Source: Thermoplasmata archaeon (lineage in GTDB: Archaea; Thermoplasmatota; Thermoplasmata; Lutacidiplasmatales; UBA184). Taken from it: a DNA stretch of 64,000 nt. Made by a program: the position numbers and the translations under genes. Shown here piece after piece: positions 38,044 to 47,744 of the stretch. Numbering within the stretch: position 1 is the stretch's first letter; each line of letters starts with the position of its first letter. Location: assembly GCA_021798195.1 (NCBI GenBank), contig JAJZYH010000003.1, positions 2,224-66,223 on the forward strand. The letters run 5' to 3'. The notes below the pieces were generated by a model that saw only the letters and a list, made by a program, of their open reading frames with translations, ran no database searches and had not been told where the DNA came from.

Positions 38044-38721
38044 ATGGAAGTCGCGGAGGCGAGGAGCATGGCGCCGGAACCCCTACAGGAGGACTTCGGC
38101 CCCACCCGGCGGGAGATCCTCCTGCGCCTGAAGCGCGGCGGGCCCCGGTCGCTCCAGGACCTCGCCGACGATGTGGCCCTCACCCGGGTGGCGGTGCTCC
38201 GTCACCTCCGGATCCTGGAGTCCGAGGGCCTCGTCCAGAGGAGCTACCGGCGGGGGGGCCCCGGACGCCCCGCCGCCGTGTTCCAGCTCGCCCCCGACGC
38301 CGCGCGGCTCTTCCCCACCGCCTACGCCGATGTCTCCCTCTGCGCGCTCCGGTTCCTGGAAGAGCGGCTGGGCCGCGGCGCCGTGGTGGAGCTCCTCCAG
38401 GAACGGGCCCACGAGGTCGCGCGGCGGCACGCCCCTTCCTTCCGGGGCCGGGACCTCCCCCAGCGGGTGGACCGCCTCGTCCAGATCCGGGAGGCGGAGG
38501 GGTACATGGCGGAGCGGGGACCCCGACGTCGGGGGCTCTTCGAGGTCCGGGAGCACAACTGCCCCATCCTGGCCATCGCGGGGGAGTACGGGGAGGCCTG
38601 CGAGGTGGAGCGCCGTCTCTTCGAGGGTCTCCTGGGGGCCCGGGTGGAGACCTCCCACCGGGTGGTGGCGGGCGACCCCGTCTGCCGGTTCCTCATCCGT
38701 CCCCGGGCGGAGGGTCCATGA
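38044..38721 (+). CDS. SufR-like wHTH transcriptional regulator with Cys-containing sensor domain
   Basis: TRREILLRL..VLRHLRILE..GRP; EHNCPI-x-C (C-x12-C) and a distal DPVCRF. Confidence 0.85.
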   Translation: MEVAEARSMAPEPLQEDFGPTRREILLRLKRGGPRSLQDLADDVALTRVAVLRHLRILESEGLVQRSYRRGGPGRPAAVFQLAPDAARLFPTAYADVSLCALRFLEERLGRGAVVELLQERAHEVARRHAPSFRGRDLPQRVDRLVQIREAEGYMAERGPRRRGLFEVREHNCPILAIAGEYGEACEVERRLFEGLLGARVETSHRVVAGDPVCRFLIRPRAEGP

Positions 38722-39446
38722 CGCACTCCCCACCGGTGGCGCTCATCACGGGAGGGAGCCGGGGCCTCGGGGCCACCCTGGCGACGTTCCTGGGCGCCGA
38801 GGGGTTCCATCTCGTTCTCACCGCTCGCGACCCCGGCCCCCTCACGGCCACGGCCACCCGCCTCCGGGCCCGGGGGGTCCGGGTGGAGGCGCTCCCGGGA
38901 GACGTGGCCCGGGAGGAGGATCGCCGGCGCTGGATGGAGGCCGTAGGCTCCCTGGGCCGCCTGGACCTTTTGGTCAACAATGCCTCGGCGCTGGGGCCCT
39001 CCCCCCGGGTCCCCCTCCGGGACCTTCCCGTGGAGTCGTTCCGGGAGATCCTCGAGGTGAACCTGGTGGGACCTCTCCGGCTGATCCAGCTGGCGCATCC
39101 CTTCCTCGCCGCATCCCATGGGCGCATCTGGAACATCTCCAGCGATGCCGCCCGGGAGGGCTACGCCGGATGGGGAGGCTACGGCGGCAGCAAGGCGGCC
39201 CTCGATCTCCTCTCCAAGACGCTCGCGGAAGAGCTCCGGGACGACGGGATCTCCGTGGTGAGCGTGGACCCCGGGGACATGCGGACGGCGCTCCATCAGG
39301 CGGCGTATCCGGGGGAATCCATCGACGACCGGCCCCTCCCCGAGGTGACCCTCCCCTTCTGGGCCTGGCTCCTGGGGCAGCCGGGGGACCGGGTGAGCGG
39401 CGAGCGCTACCGGGCGCAGGGAGACCGGTGGGAGGTGCGCCCGTGA
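38718..39446 (+). CDS. Short-chain dehydrogenase/reductase
   Basis: TGGSRGLG, LVNNAS, ISSDAA, YGGSK, VDPGDMRT. Confidence 0.92.
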   Translation: MTHSPPVALITGGSRGLGATLATFLGAEGFHLVLTARDPGPLTATATRLRARGVRVEALPGDVAREEDRRRWMEAVGSLGRLDLLVNNASALGPSPRVPLRDLPVESFREILEVNLVGPLRLIQLAHPFLAASHGRIWNISSDAAREGYAGWGGYGGSKAALDLLSKTLAEELRDDGISVVSVDPGDMRTALHQAAYPGESIDDRPLPEVTLPFWAWLLGQPGDRVSGERYRAQGDRWEVRP

Positions 39447-40483
39447 ACCGCGGACACCTCCTCTTCCATCGTCCGGCGGAGCTCGAGGCCACGCGCCCCC
39501 CCGAGGCCCGGGGGGTCCCCCGGGACCGGGTCCGCCTCCTGGTCACCACGGCCCGGGGTACGGAGCACGACACCTTCCTCCACCTCTCCCGCCATCTCCG
39601 GCCCGGGGACCTTTTGGTGGTGAACGAGAGCCAGACGCTTCCCGCGAGCCTCCCCGCCCGGGGGCCGTTCGGGGAGTTCCTCCTGAACCTCTCCACACAC
39701 TACGGCGGCGGGACCTGGCTCGCGGAACCCCGCCATTCCCCCTCCCGGCCGGGACCGGACCTCCTCTCCGAGGGCCTCCGGTTCCGGGTGGGAACCACCT
39801 CGCTCCGGGCCGTGGGCCCCCACCCCGGGCTCCCACGCTTCTGGTTCGTGCGGGTGGAGTCGGGGCCGGATCTCGGGGAAGCGATGGCCCGCTGGGGAGA
39901 GCCGGTGCGCTACGGGTACCTCTCCGGGAGCTACCCCCTCGCGAGCTACCAGACCTTCTGGGGACGATGGCCCGGGAGCGCGGAGATGCCCAGCGCCTCC
40001 CGGCCCTTCACCGAGACCGTGGGGGACGCCTGCCGGGGAGCCGGGGTGGGCGTCGCCTCCGTGGTGCTCCACTGCGGCCTCTCCAGCCAGGAGGTGGAGG
40101 CCCCCCGGGTGGAGGATCAGCCGTTCCCGCCGGAACCCTTCGAGGTCCCCGAGGCCACCGCCCGGGCCGTGAACCAGGCCCTGCGCCATGGGCGCCGCGT
40201 GGTGGCGGTGGGCACCACCGTGGCCCGCGCCCTGGAATCCGCGTGGCACGGGGGAGAGGTGCGCCCCCGCCGTGGGTTCACCCGACGCATGATCCTCCCC
40301 GACCGGCCCGTGCGGACCTTCCAGGGACTCATCACCGGCTTCCACGATCCTTCCACGAGCCATCTCGCGCTCCTCTACGCGCTGGCCGGAGAGGACCGGG
40401 TCCGCGGGGCCTACCGGGAGGCCGTGGCGCGGGGCTACCTCTGGCACGAGTTCGGGGACAGCCACCTCCTCTGGGCCGCCTGA
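39443..40483 (+). CDS. QueA-family (SAM:tRNA ribosyltransferase-isomerase-like) protein, non-canonical clade
   Basis: GDLLVVNES, YQT, GSAEMPSA.RPFT, LHCG, VAVGTTVARALES, YLWHEFGDSHL. Confidence 0.85.
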   Translation: MNRGHLLFHRPAELEATRPPEARGVPRDRVRLLVTTARGTEHDTFLHLSRHLRPGDLLVVNESQTLPASLPARGPFGEFLLNLSTHYGGGTWLAEPRHSPSRPGPDLLSEGLRFRVGTTSLRAVGPHPGLPRFWFVRVESGPDLGEAMARWGEPVRYGYLSGSYPLASYQTFWGRWPGSAEMPSASRPFTETVGDACRGAGVGVASVVLHCGLSSQEVEAPRVEDQPFPPEPFEVPEATARAVNQALRHGRRVVAVGTTVARALESAWHGGEVRPRRGFTRRMILPDRPVRTFQGLITGFHDPSTSHLALLYALAGEDRVRGAYREAVARGYLWHEFGDSHLLWAA

Positions 40484-40530
40484 AGGGCGCACAAGCCTCA
40501 TCAAGGGCCTTCGGTGGGGGTCTGGTCCGC

Positions 40531-41511
40531 ATGTCCCTCCCGGTGATCCTCACGCGGGACCTCACCCGCGTCTACCAGAGCCGCAAGGGTTTCTTCTTCC
40601 AGGACGCGGTCCGGACCGAGGCCCTCCGGGGGGTCAACCTGGAGGTCTCCTCCGGGGAGGTCTACGGGCTCCTGGGCCCCAACGGGGCCGGCAAGACCAC
40701 CCTCACGAAGATCCTCGCCACCCTGCTCCTCCCCACCTCGGGGACCGCCCGGGTGCTGGGGCTCGACGTGAGCACGGAGAGCCGGGCCATCCGCTCGCGC
40801 ATCGGTCTCGTGCTGGGAGGGGAGCGGGGGCTCTACAACCGGGTGAGCGGGCGGGAGAACCTTCGCTACTTCGCCGACCTCTACGGAGTCCCGGTGGCCC
40901 GGCGCGCCCGCCGGATCGACGAGGTCCTGGAACTGGTGGGGATGACCTCCGCGGCGGACCGGCGCGTGGAGGAGTACTCCCGGGGGATGAAGCAGAGGAT
41001 CCACCTCGCCCGGGGGCTCCTCCATGAGCCGGAGCTCCTGTTCCTCGACGAGCCCACCATCGGACTGGACCCCAAGAGCGCCCGGGAGATCCGCAAGCTC
41101 ATCCGCACCCTCGCGTCGCAGGGAGTGACCATCTTCCTCACCACGCACTACATGTTCGAGGCGGAGGAGCTCTGCCACCGCATCTCCGTGCTCACCCGGG
41201 GGCGCATCGTGGCCGAGGACACCGTGGATGGGCTCCGTCGCCTGGTGGGCGGCGACCGGACCATCGAGGTGGAGGGGTACGGCTTCGACGAGAAGGAGCT
41301 CTCCCTCCTGCGGGCGCTCCCGGGGGTCTCCCGCATCGTGGAGGAGGACTTCGGTCCCCGGGAACGCCTCACCCTGCGCGTCCGCACCCCGGAGACCACC
41401 GAGGGGGACATCCGGGCCTCCCTCCCCCTCCAGCGGGACCTCCGCATCCGGGAGCGCACCACCACCCTCGAGGACATCTACCTGGACCTCGTGGAGGAGG
41501 AGGCCACATGA
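40531..41511 (+). CDS. ABC-2 exporter ATP-binding protein
   Basis: GPNGAGKTT, YSRGMKQR, LFLDEPT, LTTHYM. Confidence 0.93.
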   Translation: MSLPVILTRDLTRVYQSRKGFFFQDAVRTEALRGVNLEVSSGEVYGLLGPNGAGKTTLTKILATLLLPTSGTARVLGLDVSTESRAIRSRIGLVLGGERGLYNRVSGRENLRYFADLYGVPVARRARRIDEVLELVGMTSAADRRVEEYSRGMKQRIHLARGLLHEPELLFLDEPTIGLDPKSAREIRKLIRTLASQGVTIFLTTHYMFEAEELCHRISVLTRGRIVAEDTVDGLRRLVGGDRTIEVEGYGFDEKELSLLRALPGVSRIVEEDFGPRERLTLRVRTPETTEGDIRASLPLQRDLRIRERTTTLEDIYLDLVEEEAT

Positions 41512-42311
41512 GGGGGACCCCCCCGCCCCCGGGTCCCCGGATCCTGGGGGCCAGCTTCCGGCTGGCGGCCCAGACCTTCGTGGCCGATCCCCAGTGGCTC
41601 ATCCCCAGCATCGTCGCCCCGGTGATCTTCGCGCTGGCGGCCTACGAGATGTACCGCGGATCGGGTCCCGTCCTGGTCCTCTACGCGATCCTCGGCGCCG
41701 GCATGATGAGCATGTGGGGCCAGACCCTGTACGGGAGCGGCTGGGCCATCGGTCAGGACCGCTTCCTGGGGACCCTGGAACCCGTCCTGGGCGCCCCCGC
41801 CCGCTACCTGTGGGTGGTGGCGGGCCGCGTCCTCTGGAACACCCTCATCGGCCTCGCCGGCGGCGCCCTGGTCTTCCTGGTCATCGCCGCGACCTACCAT
41901 GCCCCGCTGCCCCTCCGGGACCCCCTTCTGTTCGTGGGCCTCTTCGCGTTCGTCATCGCCACGCTCGCCACGGTGGGGCTCCTCTTCTCCGCCCTCTTCG
42001 TCCTCACGCGGTACGGGGGGTTCATCCAGAACATCGGGGAGTTCGCCTTCTACGTGGCCACGGGCTGCATGTTCCCGGTGGTCCTCCTCCCGTTCTGGAC
42101 CACGCCCCTTTCCCTCCTCTTCCCCCCCACCTGGGCCCTGGACGCCCTCCGCTACGTGGGGGTCCCGGGATACCGGGGCCTGAGCTGGGGGCTCCTCCCG
42201 GACCTCGTGGGAGCACTCGTCCTGTCGGTGGCGTACGCGGCCGCCGCGGCTCTCCTCTTCGAACGCGTGGTGCGCCACGTCCTGGCCCAGGGGACCGCCG
42301 ATGAGTACTGA
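41508..42311 (+). CDS. ABC-2 type permease
   Basis: 6 TM segments, GTLEPVL..P, G..FPV..LP. Confidence 0.85.
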   Translation: MRGTPPPPGPRILGASFRLAAQTFVADPQWLIPSIVAPVIFALAAYEMYRGSGPVLVLYAILGAGMMSMWGQTLYGSGWAIGQDRFLGTLEPVLGAPARYLWVVAGRVLWNTLIGLAGGALVFLVIAATYHAPLPLRDPLLFVGLFAFVIATLATVGLLFSALFVLTRYGGFIQNIGEFAFYVATGCMFPVVLLPFWTTPLSLLFPPTWALDALRYVGVPGYRGLSWGLLPDLVGALVLSVAYAAAAALLFERVVRHVLAQGTADEY

Positions 42312-43137
42312 GACGCTCCCCCTGGGGAGCGCCCCCCGGTCCCACCCCTCCCTCTCGCGGACCTTCTGGGTCAACGCCCGCTTCGCCCCCCGGACGAGCC
42401 TCGGGTTCATGCGGCTCGACTTCGTCCTGGGGACCGTGTTCGTCCTCCCCTTCACCCAGATCGTCTTCTTCGCCTACGTGGCGGGGCTCGCGGGGAACCC
42501 CGCCATCTCGGTGGCCTACGTGGCCGTGGGGAACGCGGTGGCCACCATGACCTACTCGAGCGTCTTCTCCGTCTGCCAGACCACCGACATGGAGAAGCAG
42601 CAGTACACCCTGGAGCATCTCCTGGTGAGCCCCGCCAACCGGGCGGCGCTCTACCTGGGCCGGGGACTGGTGCCGGTGCTCCTCTCGTTCCTCACGGTGG
42701 GGGTCTCCCTGGGATATGCCGTGGGGATCTTCGGGGCCGCCGTGGCCCCCGGGGCCCTCCTGCCCGTCACGATCTCGGTCCTCCTCACCTCGGTGGCCAT
42801 GGTGGGCTTCGGCCTCCTCCTGGGAGGCGTGGCGCTCTACCTCCGGACCAGCATCATCCTGGGCAACATCTTCCTCTTCATCGGGCTCCTCCTCTCGGGG
42901 GCGAACTTCCCGCTGAGCTTCCTCCCCGTCCCCCTCCAGTGGGTGGGGGAGGCGCTCCCTCTCACCTGGGGGATCGTGGCCGTTCGGGATTCCCTGAGCG
43001 GCACGGGGTGGGGGCCCCTCCTCGTGGCGTGGGCCATCGTGCTGGGAGAGGGGGCCGCGAGCTACGCCCTCGCCCTGGGGCTCTGGGAGGTCTTCGAGCG
43101 GCGCGCCTACCGCACCGGTAGCCTCGGGCGCTTCTGA
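42301..43137 (+). CDS. ABC-2 type permease
   Basis: 6 TM segments, TLEHLLVSP, SGANFPL..LP, LPLTWG. Confidence 0.85.
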   Translation: MSTETLPLGSAPRSHPSLSRTFWVNARFAPRTSLGFMRLDFVLGTVFVLPFTQIVFFAYVAGLAGNPAISVAYVAVGNAVATMTYSSVFSVCQTTDMEKQQYTLEHLLVSPANRAALYLGRGLVPVLLSFLTVGVSLGYAVGIFGAAVAPGALLPVTISVLLTSVAMVGFGLLLGGVALYLRTSIILGNIFLFIGLLLSGANFPLSFLPVPLQWVGEALPLTWGIVAVRDSLSGTGWGPLLVAWAIVLGEGAASYALALGLWEVFERRAYRTGSLGRF

Positions 43138-43268
43138 CGCGGGGACCGGCGTCCCTCACCTCCCGGTGCCCGCCCGTCCTCCCCGTCGTCCCGTCTCCGG
43201 GGATGGTAACCCGCCGGTTCCCGGACCCCCAAATAGGTCTGCGGGCTCAGAGACCTGGGGCGATCACC

Positions 43269-45728
43269 ATGCCGGACATGCAGGACCATCGGCCCCAACG
43301 GTTCCTCGTGGGCCGCGCCGATGTCCTGGAGGACCTGCGACGATCCGTCCGGGATGATCGGCCCCAGGTCCCCCCGCTGGTGCTCCTGGAAGGGGACGAA
43401 GGGGTGGGGAAGACCGTGATGGTCCAGACGCTCCTCCCCGAGCTGGGCGAGGGGTCCTCGGTGGTCCTCACGGCCCGGGCCATCCCCTCGGAGATCCCGC
43501 AGCCGTTCTCCCTGGTGCAGGAGCTCCTCCGGTCCACCCCCCTCGCTCCCCCGGAGCGGCCCGTCGCGGAGGAGCTCAGCGCGGGTCTCGCGGGGGCCGG
43601 CCTCCCCACGGAGCCCACGGATCGCGAGATGCTCCCCCTGGGGCTCCTCGCCCTCGATTCCCAGGAGGAGGATCCCCGGGACCGGGCCGTGCGTCTCCTG
43701 GACGCCCTCACCGAGGGGGAGGAGAGCTGGGCCGAGGGACGCCGGTCCATGTTCGACCGGGTGGAGCGGCACCTGGAGGACCTCGCCCATGGCTCCCCCC
43801 TGCGCCTCGTGGTGGAGGACCTCCAGAACGTGGACATGCCCTCCTGGGAGTTCCTCGAGTTCTTCCTGCGCGGGGGGCGCGCCGCCTCCCGCAAGGTCCT
43901 CGCCACCATCCGGCCGGCCTCCCAGCAGCCCCGGGCCCTCCGGGCCCGCCTCGAGGAGCTCCAGAGGGCGGGCCAGCTCCGGAGAATCCTGGCCCGACCC
44001 CTGACGGAGGGGGAGACCCGGGAGTTCCTGGGGACCCTCGTCCCGGGGCATGCCCTCTCCGAGGAGACCCTCACCGAATGGCACACCCGGTCCCGGGGGA
44101 ATCCCCTCTTCCTGGAGCAGCTCTTCCGCATGGACCTCGTCGCGGGAGCCCGGGCCGCCGGGATCTCCTCCGGGGCCGACGGGCGGAGCCTTCCCACGCA
44201 GATGGCGATCCTCGATGCGGACGAGAGGAAGCTCCTCGCCTATGCCAGTGTCATCGGGTCCGAGTTCCCGTTCCCCCTCCTGGTGTCGGCCTCGGGCCTC
44301 GACGAGGAGTGGGTGGCGGAACGTCTCGAGGATTTCGTCCGCCGGGGATGGCTCCGGGACAAGGGGCGCGAAACGTACGCCTTCAGCCCCGAGTCGGCCC
44401 GCGCCGCGGTCTATCGGTCCCTCACCGACACCCGGCGCCGCATCCTCCACCGGAAGGTGGCGGAGGCACTGGAGAAGCTCCCCGGGGCCCCGGAACCCCC
44501 CCTCTTCGATCTCGCGAACCACTTCTACCTCGCCCAGGTCCCCGAGAAGGCGTTCGAGTACAACCGGCGGGCGGCGGCCCGCGCCGAGGGGACGCACGCG
44601 CCCGAGGCACGGGTCCAGCACCTGGAACGGGCCCTGGAAGCCCTCCTGAGGTCCCACCCGGAGGATGGGACGGGTCTCCGGCGGCTCCGGACCGAGCTCG
44701 CCCTGGCCTACGAGACCGCGGGGGATTCCCTGAAGGCGGAGTCGCTCCTCCGCAGCCTTCTTCCCTCTGCCCCGGGGGCCCCCACCGACACTCCGGCCGA
44801 GGAGCTGGGGATGCTCTGGGTGACCCTGGCCCGCCTCCTGGGACGCATGAGCCGCTGGAACGAGGTCCCTCCCCTCCTCACCGAGGCCCGGCGGTGGGTG
44901 GATCCGGAGAAGGATCCCTTCCTGGCCGGGCAGATCGCCATCCTGGAGGCCGAGGTGGACGATGCCCGGAACCGGATCCCCGCGGCGCGGGAGCATTACC
45001 TCGAGGCGGCCGGCTGGTTCCAGCGCGCCCGCGCCGCCGCGCACGCCGTCCGGGCCCGGCTCCACGTGGCGGACATGGATGCCCGGACCGCAGGGAGGCT
45101 CGGCCCCGACGCGGAGCGGATCTACCGGGAGGGGATCGCGGAGCTACGCCGGCTCGACGACCGGCGGGAACTCGCCTTCGCCCTCAACAACTACGCGTAC
45201 TGGAAGCAGGTGGAGGGAGACCTGGAACGGACGGTGGAACTCCTCACCCAGGGGCTCCAGGTGGCCAAGGACTCGGGGGACCTCCGTCGGGTGGGCTGGC
45301 TCCATTTCAACCTCGCCGACGCCCTCCTCCACCTGGGCCGTCCCGAGGAGGCGAAGGGATACAACGCGGAGGCGCGCCGGGAGATGGAGAAGGTGGCGGA
45401 CCAAGTGGGACGGATCCACGTGCGCCTCAACGAGGGCCGGATCGAGATGGCCTCGGGCGCATGGACCGCCGCGGAGATCGCTCTCCTGGATGCCTACCGG
45501 ATGGCCCGGGAGGGCGGGTACGAGATGGAGGAGCTCGAAGTGCTCTTCCACCTGGCCCGCTGGTCCCTCGCCCGGGGGGACGCCGCCACCGCACGGACCC
45601 GCCGGGATGAGCTCCGGCAGAGGGGCTTCGTCTCGCTCCATCCGGAGTTCCGTGTGGCCTTCGGCCAGCTGGACCGGGAACTGGGAAGCGGGAGCCCTCC
45701 GGGGACCCCGCCACCGGGAGGGGCCTGA
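43269..45728 (+). CDS. STAND-like AAA+ ATPase with TPR repeats
   Basis: LVGR, Walker A GDEGVGKT, Walker B VVEDLQ, GNPLFL, ASVIG.EF, H..VAEALE, LANHF, then helical repeats; alternative start 43203. Confidence 0.82.
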   Translation: MPDMQDHRPQRFLVGRADVLEDLRRSVRDDRPQVPPLVLLEGDEGVGKTVMVQTLLPELGEGSSVVLTARAIPSEIPQPFSLVQELLRSTPLAPPERPVAEELSAGLAGAGLPTEPTDREMLPLGLLALDSQEEDPRDRAVRLLDALTEGEESWAEGRRSMFDRVERHLEDLAHGSPLRLVVEDLQNVDMPSWEFLEFFLRGGRAASRKVLATIRPASQQPRALRARLEELQRAGQLRRILARPLTEGETREFLGTLVPGHALSEETLTEWHTRSRGNPLFLEQLFRMDLVAGARAAGISSGADGRSLPTQMAILDADERKLLAYASVIGSEFPFPLLVSASGLDEEWVAERLEDFVRRGWLRDKGRETYAFSPESARAAVYRSLTDTRRRILHRKVAEALEKLPGAPEPPLFDLANHFYLAQVPEKAFEYNRRAAARAEGTHAPEARVQHLERALEALLRSHPEDGTGLRRLRTELALAYETAGDSLKAESLLRSLLPSAPGAPTDTPAEELGMLWVTLARLLGRMSRWNEVPPLLTEARRWVDPEKDPFLAGQIAILEAEVDDARNRIPAAREHYLEAAGWFQRARAAAHAVRARLHVADMDARTAGRLGPDAERIYREGIAELRRLDDRRELAFALNNYAYWKQVEGDLERTVELLTQGLQVAKDSGDLRRVGWLHFNLADALLHLGRPEEAKGYNAEARREMEKVADQVGRIHVRLNEGRIEMASGAWTAAEIALLDAYRMAREGGYEMEELEVLFHLARWSLARGDAATARTRRDELRQRGFVSLHPEFRVAFGQLDRELGSGSPPGTPPPGGA

Positions 45729-45729
45729 C

Positions 45730-46677
45730 GTGCCGTCCCCCCGTCCCACGGCGCCTCGGAGCCCCTCCGCACCGGCGGAGCTTCCCTCTCTCTCCCCGCC
45801 CCGGATGCGGCGCCTCCTGCGCAGCTACCTCGCGGAGGACCGGGCGGAGCAGGACATCACCACCGAGGCCGTGATCCCGCCCCGGACCCGCGCCCAGGGG
45901 ATCCTGGAGGCCCAGGAGAGCGGGGTGGTGAGCGGCTTGGATGCCGCCCAGATGCTGGCGGAGGAGGTGGGCCTGGAGGTGATCCGGCACGTCTCCGATG
46001 GCTCCTCGGTGCGCCGGGGGACGCCCCTCCTCACCCTGCGGGGAGATGCCCGGCGGATCCTTTCCGTGGAACGGACCCTCGTGAACCTCGTCATGCACCT
46101 CTCGGGGGTGGCCACCGAGACCGCCCGGATGGTCCGGGCGGTGCGGGAGGTGGACCCGCGCTTCCAGGTCCTCGCCACCCGCAAGACGCTCCCGGGGCTC
46201 CGGGACCTGGAGAAGCGCGCCGTGGTGCACGGCGGAGGGCACCCCCACCGTCGCGACCTCGCGAGCGCCATCCTGGTGAAGAACAATCACCTCGCCCTGG
46301 TGCCCCTCCGGGAGGCGGTGCGACGGGCGCGGCGCCGGGCGGGTCGCTCCCGGGAGCTCATGGTGGAGGTCCGTTCCCTCCCCGAGGCCCGGGAAGCCAT
46401 CCGGGCGGGCGCGCACCGCATCCTCCTGGACAACCTCTCCCCGGCCGGGGCCCGGCAGCTCATCCGGGCGCTGGAGCGGGAGGGGCTCCGGGACCGCGTC
46501 CTCCTGGAGGTCACCGGCGGGGTCTCCCACGCCACCGTCCGGGAATACGCCCGGACGGGGGCCGACATGGCCTCCGCGGGGCGCCTCACCCATTCCGCCC
46601 GGGCCCTCTCGGTCCACCTGGTGGTCTCCCCCCTCCCCCCCACGCCACGTGCTGGCGCGGCGTCCGCGCGTCCTTAA
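45730..46677 (+). CDS. nadC: Nicotinate-nucleotide pyrophosphorylase (quinolinate PRTase)
   Basis: EDRAEQDITT, SGVAT, ATRKTLPGLR, LVKNNH, VEV, ILLDN. Confidence 0.93.
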   Translation: MPSPRPTAPRSPSAPAELPSLSPPRMRRLLRSYLAEDRAEQDITTEAVIPPRTRAQGILEAQESGVVSGLDAAQMLAEEVGLEVIRHVSDGSSVRRGTPLLTLRGDARRILSVERTLVNLVMHLSGVATETARMVRAVREVDPRFQVLATRKTLPGLRDLEKRAVVHGGGHPHRRDLASAILVKNNHLALVPLREAVRRARRRAGRSRELMVEVRSLPEAREAIRAGAHRILLDNLSPAGARQLIRALEREGLRDRVLLEVTGGVSHATVREYARTGADMASAGRLTHSARALSVHLVVSPLPPTPRAGAASARP

Positions 46678-46723
46678 AGTCCCGCCGCGGCCTTTGGGGT
46701 CCCGAACGGGAGGGAGCCGGGAC

Positions 46724-47632
46724 ATGTCGCTGGTGGAGGAGGTCCGACGGCTCAAGGAGGAACGCGATGCGGTCCTCCTGGCCCACAACTACCAGCTGGG
46801 GGAGGTGCAGGACGTGGCGGATTTCGTGGGGGATTCCCTCTACCTCTCCCGCCAGGCGGCGCGCACCGATGCCCGGGTGATCGTGTTCGCCGGGGTCCGG
46901 TTCATGGCGGAGACGGCCAAGATCCTCTCGCCGGAGAAGGTGGTGCTCCTCCCGGACCTGGGGGCCGGCTGCTCCCTCGCCGACGCCATCACCGCCGAGC
47001 AGTTGCGGGCCTGGAAGGCCGCCCATCCCGGGGCCGTGGTGGTGAGCTACGTGAACACCTCGGCGGAGGTCAAGGCGGAGAGCGACTACTGCTGCACCTC
47101 CTCCAACGCCGTGAGCATCGTCGAGTCGCTCCCCCGGGACCAGGAGATCCTCTTCCTGCCGGATATGTTCCTGGGGGATTACGTCCGCCGCAAGACGGGA
47201 CGGACCAACATGCACCTGTGGGTGGGGGACTGCTTCGTCCACACCCGCATGCGCCCCGAGACGGTGGCCCGCCGCCGGGCGGAGCATCCGGGGGCGGAGC
47301 TGGTGGCGCACCCGGAGTGCGGGTGCTCCACGGAGGTCCTCCCCCAGGTGGACCGGGTCCTCTCCACCGACGGGATGCTCCGCTACGCCGAGACCACCCG
47401 CGCCCCCGAGGTGCTCATCGCCACGGAGGTGGGGATCCTCCACCGGATGCGCAAGCTCAACCAATCCACCCGGTTCATCCCCCTCTCCGAGGCGGCCATC
47501 TGCCCCTTCATGAAGAAGATCGACCTCGGGAAGGTCCGGGATTCCCTCCGGGACATGCAGCACCGGATCGACCTCGCTCCGGACGTGATCCAGGGCGCCC
47601 GCCGCGCCCTGGAGCGGATGATCGCGGCCTGA
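46724..47632 (+). CDS. nadA: Quinolinate synthase
   Basis: LAHNYQ, GDSL, FMAETAKIL, AGCSLA, YVNTSA, AHPEC, CPFMK. Confidence 0.95.
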   Translation: MSLVEEVRRLKEERDAVLLAHNYQLGEVQDVADFVGDSLYLSRQAARTDARVIVFAGVRFMAETAKILSPEKVVLLPDLGAGCSLADAITAEQLRAWKAAHPGAVVVSYVNTSAEVKAESDYCCTSSNAVSIVESLPRDQEILFLPDMFLGDYVRRKTGRTNMHLWVGDCFVHTRMRPETVARRRAEHPGAELVAHPECGCSTEVLPQVDRVLSTDGMLRYAETTRAPEVLIATEVGILHRMRKLNQSTRFIPLSEAAICPFMKKIDLGKVRDSLRDMQHRIDLAPDVIQGARRALERMIAA

Positions 47633-47744
47633 CGCCCGAACCCACCCCCCGGCGGGACCGTCGGGCCTCTCCCGTAGATTATTATACGCATTGATGCGCA
47701 TTGTATGGACATGGCTCGGGGACGGAGCATCGGGGGAGGATGAG

